A stretch of 64,000 nucleotides of DNA, taken from NCBI RefSeq assembly GCF_009914755.1, contig NC_060929.1. One strand, 5' to 3'. The notes below the pieces were generated by a model. The model searched no databases, was not told the origin of the DNA, and saw only the letters and a list, made by a program, of their open reading frames with translations. The DNA comes from the human T2T-CHM13v2.0 reference genome, Homo sapiens. Made by a program: the position numbers and the translations under genes. How positions within the stretch are numbered: position 1 is the first letter of the stretch; each line of letters begins with the position of its first letter. Positions 52,811 through 64,000 of this stretch are shown in pieces.

Positions 52811-55569
52811 AAAGAATGCAATGTTTAATAGAAATTTTTCTTCATTGTAACACCTCAAAATTGAACAAGAAGTATCATATCCCTATTCTCATTCCTGATT
52901 TACAGACAAGGAAAAGGTCTAAGCCTAAAAAAAAGTTCCCCCAAAGTAGATATTGTCATTGACTTAAGACTCCTGTCATTACACAATAGCTTTTTTTTCT
53001 TTAATACAGTGCTGCTACGTATGTCAAAACTAACTGCAAAACCCAGGACGCACATGTCCAGATTGGAGTCTGAAGTCCTGGACAATTGTAACTGTAACTT
53101 TCCTCATTCTTGCTGTTATCTGAAGTCAATATGTACAATCCCTCTGTAGACATAAAAATATTTCAAGCCTCCTTTCTATATTACTTTAAGCAGAAACACA
53201 CACAAGAATGTCACACTAGCACCCTGCCTCCTTCCCACTCCACATACCCCAAACCCCACAGTCACAGAAGGATATGGTAGTCTTGCCAGATGAAAGCAAC
53301 AGGATGTCTTTGACAGTGAAAGGGAGTTCTTTCTCCAATTGTTTTTAGTCAGTATCCCCCTAGAGATATTTTTTAAAAGATAGATAATAGATTATATGCA
53401 CACAAATACGTATGCGTATATAAATTGAAACATATGTGTATATATTATGCAGAAGAGCAGAACGCATGATATTATTTTCAAGTAATACTTGAAAATGGTC
53501 TTGTCAGTTGGAAAAGATAGACATTTCAGCAGGAGGACAATACAGGCTTGGGATTTGTTCGAGTCTTCTCCTGACAGTGGGCAGACAGAAGGGTTAAAGA
53601 GCATGCAATTTGCTTTACCACTCCAGTTCTGTAGGAAAGCAGTGAATGCTGAGACCCATATATTTTCCTTTTTGATGGACATCGATGGTCCTCCTTCTTC
53701 CCGAGGCATGCTAGGCTGATGCTCACAGTGTTTTATGCACACCATTCCATAGCAATTCTGCCTAGCGTATGAATCTGTTAGGTAACAATGACTCTCAGAT
53801 TCACAACAAAAGCCTTGGCTTCAAAGACTCCTCAGCAGCATTTTCCTCCAGAAGAAAATCATTTGCAATTTTTCTTCTTTGTATACGGATACTTTAATAG
53901 GCTGCTGAAGTTTTGAAGGAATTCCAATTTATGCAAAATGAAGAAAGGGAGGAAAAAATAACAATGATAATGATACTAATATAAACTCATACTTCAAAAG
54001 GCCTGCAGTGGTATTGTGTTTATTGCAGCACTAGACACCTTATCAGTTATTCCCCTAAAGGTGTTTAAAATGGGCTTGGGAGGTTTGAACCAAACTCTGT
54101 TAGCAGTTAATCAGCCAGTTTAGAATATATTGGCATATCTTTCTAGAGAGAAAGAAAGGAAGAAAATGAAAGCAAAGATTTTTTTTTTTTTTTTTTGTGA
54201 TAGCAGTTTTACTAACCCTGTGGAAAGAGATTTATTTTTAGACAAATGTAGGGTCTGACCTTTCATGTTTCAAGACAACCTGGCATAGTGCGGGCTTTCC
54301 TGTTATCTTTTGCTTCTGCTTGTCCCCTAGAGGCAAGTCCCTCCTATCAAGAGCCAGATTAAGGGAAATTTTGGAAGAAAGAGACAGGCAGGAATAAACT
54401 GGAACTAAAGCCCTTAATATCCATGAAGTGATTAAAATGCAGCCATGCCCAGCAAGACCACACTGCTGTTATCAAACAGACATTGACAACTTCGTTGAAC
54501 TCAAGTCAATGGTATAAGGGGGAACATAAAAACTTTTAAGTTTGGGGTGTCTCCAGGAAATACACTCAGATTTCTCAACACACACTGGCAGCGTTCACAC
54601 ATTACCCATCGCTGACGGCGATCTCACACTTCGCTTGTCCTCTGCCAAATGGACTCTAGGGCCTCATCCAGGAAAGCAGCATGCTGCCCAGGTGTATGGG
54701 ATGACTGGCTAGTTTATCGATTTGTGATGCTTCAAAAGTTGGCAAATCAAAAAAAAAAAAAAAAAAAAAACATCCTGTACTGCAGATTACACACATTTTA
54801 ATCCACTGCTGTTACTGATCAAAAACAGTTTCACCGACTACATTGTTTTTGGAATCTAGTTTTCAAAGAAACTAGTAGAGAGGGGATTCTTTTTCCATTT
54901 TGACTTTGGCCATGACACTGAAGAAATACCTGACCTAAATGCTTTTCTGTTTTTTTTTTTTTTTCGTGGGGAAGGGGGCAGAAGGTCAGGAGAGGAACAT
55001 CCATGCAAAATAAAAATAGCACCTCACTCTCATATTTACTTAAAAAGAAAAAAAGTAAGGAAAAAAAGGCACCAACATCTTATTCTATTTGGTTTTCTTT
55101 TTGCTAAATTGCTAAGTGAGCAACCAACACCCTCAAAATAGAACTAATAACTGCAATCAAATACAAGAATATTTATATTTTAGAAGATTTACATTTAAGC
55201 TCCATATCTGTGTTAGCCAAGATTCTTTTCACTTCCTCCTATGAAAACCACCCTCACTAAACCATCAAAAGTCTCAGTGGCTTATTCATCTGTTAAAGCA
55301 TCCGTGCAATGCTTGACAAGCCATCCTGGGGCCATGGAGAAGCAAGAATGGGGACAGTACAAAGGATGCTGTACCTTTGGAAGATCTAGTGTGAAGAGCC
55401 CTAGACTGCCATGTGCTGTCACTAGGACAAAATCCAAAAGGTGCAAGCAGGTATCACTTACTATTGCAATTTAGTATTAATGAAAGCATTTGAAAATCTG
55501 TGTATGAGAAAGTGTATTTGCTATCTCACATGGCAGGGGCTTGGCATCATGAAGAATCTTGGCTCATTG

Positions 55570-55624
55570 CTGATTGGCAGAGTCTGTAACATCTGAAACT
55601 AGTGAAGAGAGAACGGATTGGCGG
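55570..55624 (-). promoter_or_regulatory. Pair of consensus-like CCAAT (NF-Y) boxes, candidate only
   Basis: Minus strand 'cgccaatccg' and 'tgccaatcag', ATTGG at 55573 and 55617, in repeat-free DNA. Confidence 0.2.
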
Positions 55625-56465
55625 TCCTCAGATGACATTCATCATCACCAGTGCACTTGAGGGTGGTGCTTCTGACCGTAACATTTCCAGCCTCCATGAT
55701 TTTCAACTGTCAGTATAATAACTCGAAATCCAGCCATACAATATTATCCTTTGTGTGCAAACGTCTTAAAAAGTGGACAAAAGTTATTCAAAGAGTTGAA
55801 CTAAAACGTTCTCATTTTTCATTATCATATCAGGCAAAAAATGAAGGACTCTTTTAATGTTTTTGTTATTTACATCTATTTTAAAACAAATAGATATAAT
55901 TCCCATAGGTCAATAGTTCAATTGCCACCATTCTTCCAAGTACCCTGTGGGAGGATTAGTTAAGAATGCTTATGTAATATAGTTCTAGAACTGAATTAAG
56001 AAAGATAATGAGCTGATACATAGTGCACTTTATGTATAATAACTGAATCTGCAGAGTCTTTGAGATATGGTAATATAGCATATTTTCTGATTATAAAGTA
56101 TTCTACTTAAAAAAATTACATAGCTCAGATTTCTGTCTTATATTATCCCCATTTTACAAAAAGGAACCCCAGAATCTAAACCAAAAACATTCTTCTTGGC
56201 CAAAAACCATTCAGACAACTGTCAAAATATATGCAAAAAGGTCAATAAAATGCTTTTATCTTTTAAATCAGAACAGCCATAAAATGGGATAAATTTTTCA
56301 ATGTGTTCATTATTTATATCATCTCCATTTCAAAACACATATGCTCTTCATTTTTTCTCTGGCTTCCGCTTTGCTATTTTCACTCTGTTGAAGGTTGAGA
56401 AATCAGAAAAACTAGCTTAATTCATAAATAGGGATAAGAAAGCCCTAATTAAAATCTTGAGGACT

Positions 56466-56768
56466 GGCTGGGCATGGTGGCTCATGCCTGTAATCCCAGC
56501 GCTTTGGGAGGCCAAAGACAGGCAGATCACCTGAGGTCAGGAGTTCGAGACCAGCCTCCAACATGGTAAAACCCGTCTCTACTAAAAATACAAAATTAGC
56601 CGGGTGTGGTGACTTGTGCCTGTAATCTCAGCTATTTGGGAGGGTGAGACAGGCAAATTAATTGAACCCAGGAGGCAGGGGTTGCAGTGAGCTGAGATCT
56701 CGCCATTGCACTCCAGCCTGGGCAACAAGAGTGAAACGCCTCCCTCTCAAAAGAAAAAAAAAAAAAAA
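56466..56768 (+). mobile_element. AluS (Sp/Sq-like)
   Basis: 'cagatcacctgaggtcaggagttcgag...ctgggcaacaagagtgaaac'; TSD aaaatc(t/c)tgagg. Confidence 0.96.
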
Positions 56769-57395
56769 TCCTGAGGGTCTAGTTAGGAGAATGTTCACCA
56801 AATACCAACCCACAGATTTTTCTGGGATATACATCATAAGCAACTACTACAACTCAGAGAGCTCTTCTAATTTCAAGCTGTCACTGAAATTTCAAATGGT
56901 TAAAATTGCCAGATAAGGGATGCCACAATGAGTAAACAGTGGTATGTGTATTCTTTTTCAACAGGTATATTTCTTCATTTTAAATTGGCACTTGGCATAA
57001 GCGCTTCTTAAGCTAAGCAGCATTCTTAAAGAAAAAAGAAAAAGGTCAGTGCTAACCCAACATGATTAAAAAGAAATACTCCATAATGAGAGGTTATATC
57101 AGTACTTTACAAAGCATTAGAAACTTAATTTAAGATATTAAAATAGTCTGGACATCATTCTGTTGAAAAAGTACAGAGAAGTATTTCTAAAAATAATATA
57201 GGTTCTTGGCAATATGAACTCTGAGGAGAGATTAAGTGAATAGATAATGTTTAGCTCCTCAAAATTCACTTACGTAGGTGGAGAAGAACAATTTAGTATA
57301 ATATAAATAATCTACCTGAAAGGGAAATGCACAAGGGAAAAGAATTGGAGATGCTACTAGTCAGAAAGACAGCCAAAAATAATAAGCTTAATATC

Positions 57396-57673
57396 TTTTT
57401 TTTTTTTTTTTTGGAGACAGAGTCCACTCTGCTGCCCAGGCTGGAGTGCAGTGGCAGAATCACACCTTCTGCAACCTCTACCTCCAGTGCTCGAGCAATC
57501 CTCCCACCTCAGCCTCCCAGGTGGCTGGGTCTACAGGCATGTGCCACCACGCCTGTCTAATTTTAAAATTTTTTGTAGAGACAGGGTTTTGCCATGTTGC
57601 CCAGCTGGTCTCGAACTCCTGGTCTCAAGCAATCCACCTGCCTCAGCCTCCCAAAGTGCCACTGCACGGGCCA
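57396..57673 (-). mobile_element. AluJ with ~20-nt deletion near its 5' end
   Basis: Poly-T, 'gagacagagtcc...ctcctggtctcaagcaatcc...cccaaagtgc|cactgcacgggcc' lacks 'tgggattacaggcgtgagc'. Confidence 0.93.
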
Positions 57674-59139
57674 AACTTCACCACTTTAACAGTAAGTGTC
57701 AGATAAAGCAATATTCTTAGGCAGTAAATACAAGAAAGTAATGTAACCGTATACTTACTATAATAAAATCACTCTTTCTTCCCCCTCCAGCAATAATCTA
57801 AAAGAAAGTTTATCTTGTCCTCCATCAAGATCAATTAAATACCCACTCACTGGTTCAGAGGATGGTCCTAGGAACCCAGATATCTGGTGTGTATTTAATA
57901 CACAATCATTAGAAATTTTCCCTCTTCTAAATTAAAATAATCCACATGTATTTTTGACTGTTTTAGAATGAAAGAAGCAACAGAATAAAGAAAAGAAAAA
58001 TGAAAAGTAGACCTGTCAGCCTAATTACCAACTGAGTGTATTTACTAAATCCTCATCACGCATCCTTCCTGAAGATAAAATTAATTAAAATTATTTTAAA
58101 AATTCTGGCCCTGATGAGTCTACAACAACATAAAGGCCAACATTTTTGAAACACAGAAAGTTCAGTTATCTATACACCGAAGTTATATGAAAAATAGAAG
58201 AAATATTTGCAACGCGTTCAGTAAAGACTTCAAAAAGAAAAGAATTTTAAAAATTATAATTCAATCTTAGTATTTCCCAAAAGGCATGTTACCTGTAAAA
58301 GCCCACATGGGGTAAGCCACATAGAGCCTTTCCAAATATTATGGTTATTGGAGATCACTTGAGCTCAGTACAGTAAATAAATCACAGCTCATGGTGGTAA
58401 CCATCCAAGTGTCTTCTTCTGACTCCTAGAACCATCACTGCAAAGCTTCAATTTACTTAATATTAGTGAGAGAAATCATATAATATGTATCTTGATCATG
58501 CATAACACTATGTTTAATAATTGTTAGATACCTAGAAACAAAATATATTCCCCATTCTCAAAAGGCTCCAGTGTAATCAGCAAGGAGAAAAATGATAAGA
58601 ATTAGGGAGAAAAACAATGCTTCTTAAATAATTTAGTACAATAAGAAAATTGCCATCATGATTAATAAATATTCACTTAAAAGCACCTACTTCTCCTTCA
58701 GAGTTCAGCTCAAATGTTATTTCTTCCAGGAAATCATTATTCAATACTCCTCTTCCTTGACTTAACAGAAATTAAGTCAGGGACCTTTAATATATGTTCT
58801 TATTACCCATTCTATTTAATAACAAAGTATTTGTACTTATCATGCTCCGGGTTTTTTTGTTGTTGTTGTTCACACTGTTTACTCTTTGAAATCAGGCGTT
58901 ATGTCATTTTTGTAGATAAATTTCTAACAAGAGAAAGCTACGTCTTTAGGTCTGACAAGTAGGAAATGTCTAATAAATATTCATTTAATTAATCAATAAC
59001 ACCTAGTATCTGCTTAATAAATATTTCTAAATTTTGTTGAATTGCCAAGTGCACAGAGAAGTATTTCAATTTCAAAAAATAGAACAATTTCAAAGGAATG
59101 TGGGGAACTAATCACTTTAAATTTTAGCCATATCACTTT

Positions 59140-59295
59140 CATTTCTTATTTTGAGACAAGGTCTCACTCCATCACCCAGGTTCATGTGCAGAGGTGCAAT
59201 TATGACTCACTGCAGCCTCCATCCCCTATGCTCAAGCAATCCTCCCGCTTCAGCCTCCCAAAGTGCTGGGATTACAGGCATGAGCTATGCCATAC
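59140..59295 (-). mobile_element. Monomeric Alu (FRAM-like or recombined AluJ)
   Basis: 'ttttgagacaaggtctcactc...ctcaagcaatcctcccgcttcagcctcccaaagtgctgggattacaggcatgagc'. Confidence 0.88.
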
Positions 59296-59690
59296 TATTC
59301 AACAGAGTTTACTCCAATGATATTTCAATCTGTCCAATCTCAAATTCATAGACAGAAAGGATAAAATTTTTCACCACCTCAATAATCCAAAGATAGTAAT
59401 TTAACTTCTCAATTCAAAAATCATACATTTATAGATACCAACTTTAGGATCAGAAAGCTCATCATTGCATATAGGAGTTCTGTGACTTAAAATGTCATGT
59501 GTATACCATATAAAAGACACATGACAATTATTTTTTCAGAAATCTTTAATGAAGGCAATAATTTCTAATCTATTTTCTAATGCAGAGGTCCCAAAATGAC
59601 CTATTTTGAAATGCTACCTAGACCTATATCAACTACTAAAGCTCAGCAATTGAAATGCTTAAATGCTGCAGACATCAAATACAATAAATG

Positions 59691-60530
59691 TTATTCATTC
59701 ACTTATTCATACAATCAATCAACACATGCATTTTGAGCACTTCCTGTGTTCCCAGACATGGGCTAAACATTGCAAACACAAAGGCAATTAAAAAATAGAA
59801 AAAGATATGGCCTAGCCCCCGCCAAGCTCGCCATCTAGCCAGTGGAAAGGAATGGATACTAACCACACATTCGCAAACATGATTGTAAAACTGTAGCATC
59901 GTGCCAATGATACAAAGAAGATGTACTAAGAGAGCTGAGTCTCTCAGGGCCAGAGAAGGTGTTTCTGAGAAACTCACAGCATAGCCTAAATCTGAAGAAA
60001 AGTAGACTCTTGGGGCAAAGGGAAGGGTATAAAGAAGCTTCCAAGCAGGGGGGGCAATATATACAAATGACCTGTGATAGAAAGAACTGAAGCCATGCGA
60101 GGGACTCAAAAGGCTATTGGAGTGGGAGTGCATAAAACAGTGTCCTGCAGATGGAGGCAGTGAGATCCCAGTGAACCAGCCTAAGCCAATCCTCTACAGA
60201 TGGCAATATAAGGTTTTTCTATTTATTCCAAGAACAGTGGGAAGCCATGGAATTTTTCTAAGCAGAGTAGTGACAAGATCTGCATTCTCAGCCAATCACT
60301 GTGACTGCAGAATGGAGGACAAATTTGCATGAGGGTGGAGTGACTGTGGAAAGCCCTTTTTGGAGGGATTTAGAGTGGTCCGGCAAGACACTGTGTTGGC
60401 TTGAAGAATAGTGTCTGTGGCATGGAAAGAGGAGAAAGACATGTAGGTGGAAATGTCTATTGCACTCAATGATGGATTGAATCCACTTACGGGGAGTGAG
60501 AGCTAAGATTTATGAGTAAGTTCTAGCTTT
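59691..60530 (-). mobile_element. L2 relic
   Basis: 'ttattcattcacttattcatac...gagcacttcctgtgttcccagac', 'cagtgggaagccatggaatttttctaagcagagtagtgacaagatc'. Confidence 0.8.
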
Positions 60531-60879
60531 ATCTTATTCCTTGTGCTTTAGAGATGGAGGTTTTTTTTTTTTTCCAGATGAAAGAGTCCTGTTAGTTTTT
60601 CAACCCCCAATCCCCAAAATGGACTGCATGAACCCTTCCTCTCACATCACACCCAGGACACCTGGTAAGGAGTAGGAAGGTTTATGTCATACACATGTGC
60701 ACACAGACACATGATGGACAGCCCATATCTAATCAACTCTGCTTAATATGGACCAAAATACATTGAATTTAGTTTAATCAAAATATAATATCAAATAATG
60801 AAGGATTCTGGGCAGATGAACACTAGATCCATTTGACAAAGAAAAACTGGTTGATTTTCTTTTCCTCCTTACTTGCTGC

Positions 60880-61095
60880 AGATGCTGCTTCACGAGTGCC
60901 TGAGACCTGAACCATAGCATCTCTCAACCATGCGACCATGAGCTTGGGGAGACAATGCCAACTACTAAGGCAGGAAAGAAATCATAGATCATGGATGTCA
61001 TTGTTGAGCCATCCCGGAAGCCATAGACCTGATGGTCATTTGTTATGTGAAATAATTAACTATCTTGTTTGTTTGTTTACAGCCATTGCTAACTT
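60880..61095 (+). mobile_element. Old MLT1 (J/K/L-like) LTR fragment
   Basis: 'gatgtcattgttgagccatccc...ttgttatgtgaaataattaactatcttg...cagccattg'. Confidence 0.5.
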
Positions 61096-61231
61096 CCACC
61101 AGATAAGGTATACTTCTGAGGCTGAAGTGCAAGAAATACGAAATTCAAATCCTTCGAATGATAAAAAGAAACCCACACTGGAAGCAGCTCATGATATATG
61201 ACACATCCAAAACTCTACATAAGAATGTTCT

Positions 61232-62258
61232 GAGGGTGTCCAAGATGGCCGAATAGGAACAGCTCCAGTCTATAGCTCCCAGCATGAGTGACACAGAAGA
61301 CAGGTGATTTCTGCATTTCCAACTGAGGTACCAGGTTCATCTCACTGGGGCTTGTCAGACACTGGGTGCAGGACAGTGGGTGCAACTCACCGAGTATAAG
61401 CCGAAGCAGGGCAAGACACCGCCTCACCCGGGAAGCACAAGTGGTCAGGGAATTCCCTTTCCTAGCCAAGGGAAGCTGTGACAGATGGCACCTGGAAATT
61501 GGGTCACTCCCACCCTAATACTGCACTTTTCCAATGGCCTTAGCAAATGGCACACCAGGAGATTATATCCCGTGCCTGGCTCGGAGGATCCCATGCCCAT
61601 GGAGCCTCACTCATTGCTAACACAGCAGTCTGAGATCCAACTGCAAGGCAGCAGCAAGGCTGGGGGAAGGGGCGCCTGCCATTGCTGAGGCTTGAGTAGG
61701 TAAACAAAGCTGCAGGGAAGCTCGAACTGGGTGGAGCCCACCACAGCTCAAGGAGGCCTGCCTGCCTCTGTAGACTCCACCTCTGGGGGCAGGGCATAGC
61801 CAAACAAAAAGACAGCAGTAACCTCTGCAGACTTAAATGTCCCTCTCTGACAGCTTTGAAGAGAGCAGTGGTTCTCCCAGCACGGAGTTTGAGATCTGAG
61901 AACAGACAGACTGCCTCCTCAAGTGGGTCCCTGACCCCTGAGTAGCCTAACTGGGAGGCACCTCCCAGTAGGGGCAGACTGACACCTCACATGGCCGGGT
62001 ACCCCTCTGAGACAAAGCTTCCAGAGGAACGATCAGGCAGCAACATTTGCTGTTCACCAATATTCACTGTTCTGCAGCCTCTGCTGCTGATACCCAGGCA
62101 AACAGGGTCTGGAGTGGACCTCCAGCAAACTCCAACAGACCTGCAGCTGAGGGTCCTGACTGTTAGAAGGAAAACTAACAAACAGAAAGGACATCCACAC
62201 CAAAACCCCATCTGTACGTCACCATCATCAAAGACCAAAGGGAGATAAAACCACAAAG
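61232..62258 (+). promoter_or_regulatory. L1 5'UTR internal promoter (YY1 site 61241-61250; antisense promoter region)
   Basis: CAAGATGGCC YY1 motif intact; most CpGs decayed, so activity is doubtful. Confidence 0.7.
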
Positions 62259-63499
62259 ATGTGGAAAAAACAGAGCAGAAAAGCTGAAAATTCTAAAAAT
62301 CAGAGCGCCTCTCCTCCTCCAAAGGAACGCAGCTCCTTGCCAGCAATGGAACAAAGTTTGACGGAGAATGACTTTGACAAGTTGAGAGAAGAAGGCTTCA
62401 GATGATCAAACTTCTCCAAGCTAAAGGAGGAAGTTCGAACCCATCGCAAAGAAGCTAAAAATCTTGAAAAAAGATTAGACGAATGGCTAACTAGAATAAC
62501 CAGTGTACAGAAGTCCTTAAATGACCTGATGGAGCTGAAAACCATGGCATAAGAACTACGTGACGAATGCACAAGCTTCAGTAGCCGATTTGATCAACTG
62601 GAAGAAAGGGCAGCAGTGATTGAAGATCAAATGAATGAAATGAAGCGAGAAGAGAAGTTTAGAGAAAAAAGAGTAAAAAGAAATTAACGAAGACTCCAAG
62701 AAATATGGGACTATGTGAAAAGACCAAATCTATGTCTGATTGGTGTTCCTCAAAGTGACGGGGAGAATGGAACCAAACTGGAAAACACTCTGCAGGATAT
62801 TATCCAGGAGAACTTCCCCAACCTAGCAAGACAGGCCAACATTCAAATTCAGGAAATACAGAGAACGCCACAAAGATACTCCTCGAGAAGAGCAACTCAA
62901 AGACTCATAATTGTCAGATTCACCGAAGTTGAAATGAAGGAAAAAATGTTAAGGGCAGCCAGAGAGAAAGGTCAGGTTACCCACAAAGGGAAGCCCAACA
63001 GACTAACAGCAGATCTCTCAGCAGAAACTCTACAAGCCAGAAGAGAGTGCGGGCCAATATTCAACATTCTTAAAGAAAAGAATTTTCAACCCAGAATTTC
63101 ATATCCAGCCAAACTAAGCTTCAAAGTGAAGGAGAAATAAAATCCTTTACAGACAAGCAAATGCTGACAGATTTTGTCACCACCATGCCTGCCCTACAAG
63201 AGCCCTGAAGGAAGCACCAAACATGGAAAGGAAACACCGGTACCAACACACCAGTACCTCAGTGTGTGAGGTGTCAGTCTGCCCCTACTGGGGGGTGCCT
63301 CCCAGTTAGGCTACTTGGGGGTCAGGGACCCACTTGAGGAGGCAGTCTGTCCAGTCTCAGATCTCAAACTCCGTGCTGGGAGAACCACTACTCTCTTCAA
63401 AGCTTTCAGACAGGGACATTTAAGTCTGCAGAGGTTTCTTTTGCCTTTTGTTCGGCTATGCCCTGCCCCAAGAAGTGGAGTCTACATGCCAAATTTTAA
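62259..63499 (+). pseudogene. L1 ORF1p, disrupted
   Basis: ATG 62259; in-frame TGA 62403 and TAA 62550; ORF 62715-63140 reads KRPNL...ENFPNLARQANIQIQEIQRTPQRYSSRR; frameshift near 63124; inverted insertion 63246-63486. Confidence 0.95.
63264..63486 (-). mobile_element. Inverted L1 5'UTR segment inserted into the end of ORF1
   Basis: Reverse complement aligns to 61769-61992 of the same element (about 17 differences by eye, ~92% identity). Confidence 0.95.
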
Positions 63500-63562
63500 A
63501 GACCATCGATGCTAGGAAGAAACTGCATCAACTAACGAGCAAAATAACCAGCTAACATCATA

Positions 63563-64000
63563 ATGACAGGATCAAATTCACACATAACAATATTAACCTT
63601 AAATGTAAATGGACTAAATGCTCCAATTAAAAGACACAGACTGGCAAATTGGATAGAGTCAAGACCCATCAGTGTGCTGTATTCAGGAGACCCATCTCAC
63701 ATGCAGAGACACACATAGGCTCAAAATAAATGGATGGAGGAAGATCTACCAAGCAAATGGAAAATAAACCAAAAAAAAAAAAAAAAAGCAGGGGTTGCAA
63801 TCCTAGTCTCTGATAAAACAGAATTTAAACCAACAAAGATCAAAAGAGACAAAGAAGGCCATTACATAATGGTAAAGGGATCAATTCAACAAGAAGAGCT
63901 AACTATCCTAAATATATATGAACCCAATACAGGAGCACCCAGATTCATAAAGCAAGCCCTTAGAGACCTACCAAGAGACTTAGACTCCTACACAATAATA
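63563..64000 (+). pseudogene. L1 ORF2p endonuclease N-terminus, frameshifted
   Basis: ATG ACA GGA TCA AAT TCA CAC ATA ACA (MTGSNSHITILTLNVNGLN); 2-bp deletion at 'ggatagagtc' (~63655); expanded A-tract ~63771-63787. Confidence 0.95.

Larger units (their letters stand above)
61232..64000 (+). mobile_element. LINE-1, 5'-intact L1PA4-6-type (PA5-like); continues beyond window
   Basis: Starts at canonical 'ccaagatggccgaataggaacagctcc'; full 5'UTR including the ~129-bp segment (62006-62133) absent from younger L1PA; ORF1, spacer and ORF2 endonuclease start present. Confidence 0.97.

Noticed and set aside
55625-55655. Box C/D-like words (TGATGA...CTGA) on the minus strand
   Set aside because: Only ~10 nt apart; far too short for a snoRNA.
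57268-57330. Minus-strand acceptor 'ttccctttcag' with a downstream GTAAGT (possible ~42-nt exon or recursive site)
   Set aside because: Very AT-rich body and non-consensus AG|GTAGAT; cannot be told from chance without RNA data.
59699-60133. 144-aa ORF
   Set aside because: Lies within a degenerate L2; no recognisable domain.
61617-61682. L1 antisense ORF0
   Set aside because: The ATG is present (61682, minus), but an extra base after MAGAP shifts the frame and it stops after 21 codons.

Overview
AT-rich, CpG-poor primate (human-like) intronic or intergenic DNA, mostly interspersed repeats. It holds about a dozen Alu copies or fragments (J, S, Y and monomers), many L2/MIR relics, ERVL/MaLR solo LTRs (MLT1, MST, MLT2A, LTR16/LTR33-like), DNA transposon relics (MER5A, Tigger2, MER53, MER20), several old L1 fragments, and the 5' 2.8 kb of a 5'-intact L1PA4-6-type LINE-1 that runs off the right edge. 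No intact protein-coding gene, RNA gene or CRISPR array can be supported; the ORF track is chance or repeat-derived. The most unusual structure is inside the terminal L1: the end of ORF1 carries an inverted ~223-bp copy of L1 5'UTR sequence, joined by microhomologies and a templated filler. Other observations are an Alu whose A-tail is replaced by a G-quadruplex-type tract, a twin-primed L1PB, a three-element deletion junction, nested LTRs, DUX4-type motifs in LTRs, and a speculative minus-strand CCAAT promoter with two small candidate exons. Subfamily calls are by eye from remembered consensus sequences, and boundaries of old repeats are approximate. I found no well-supported new biological system.
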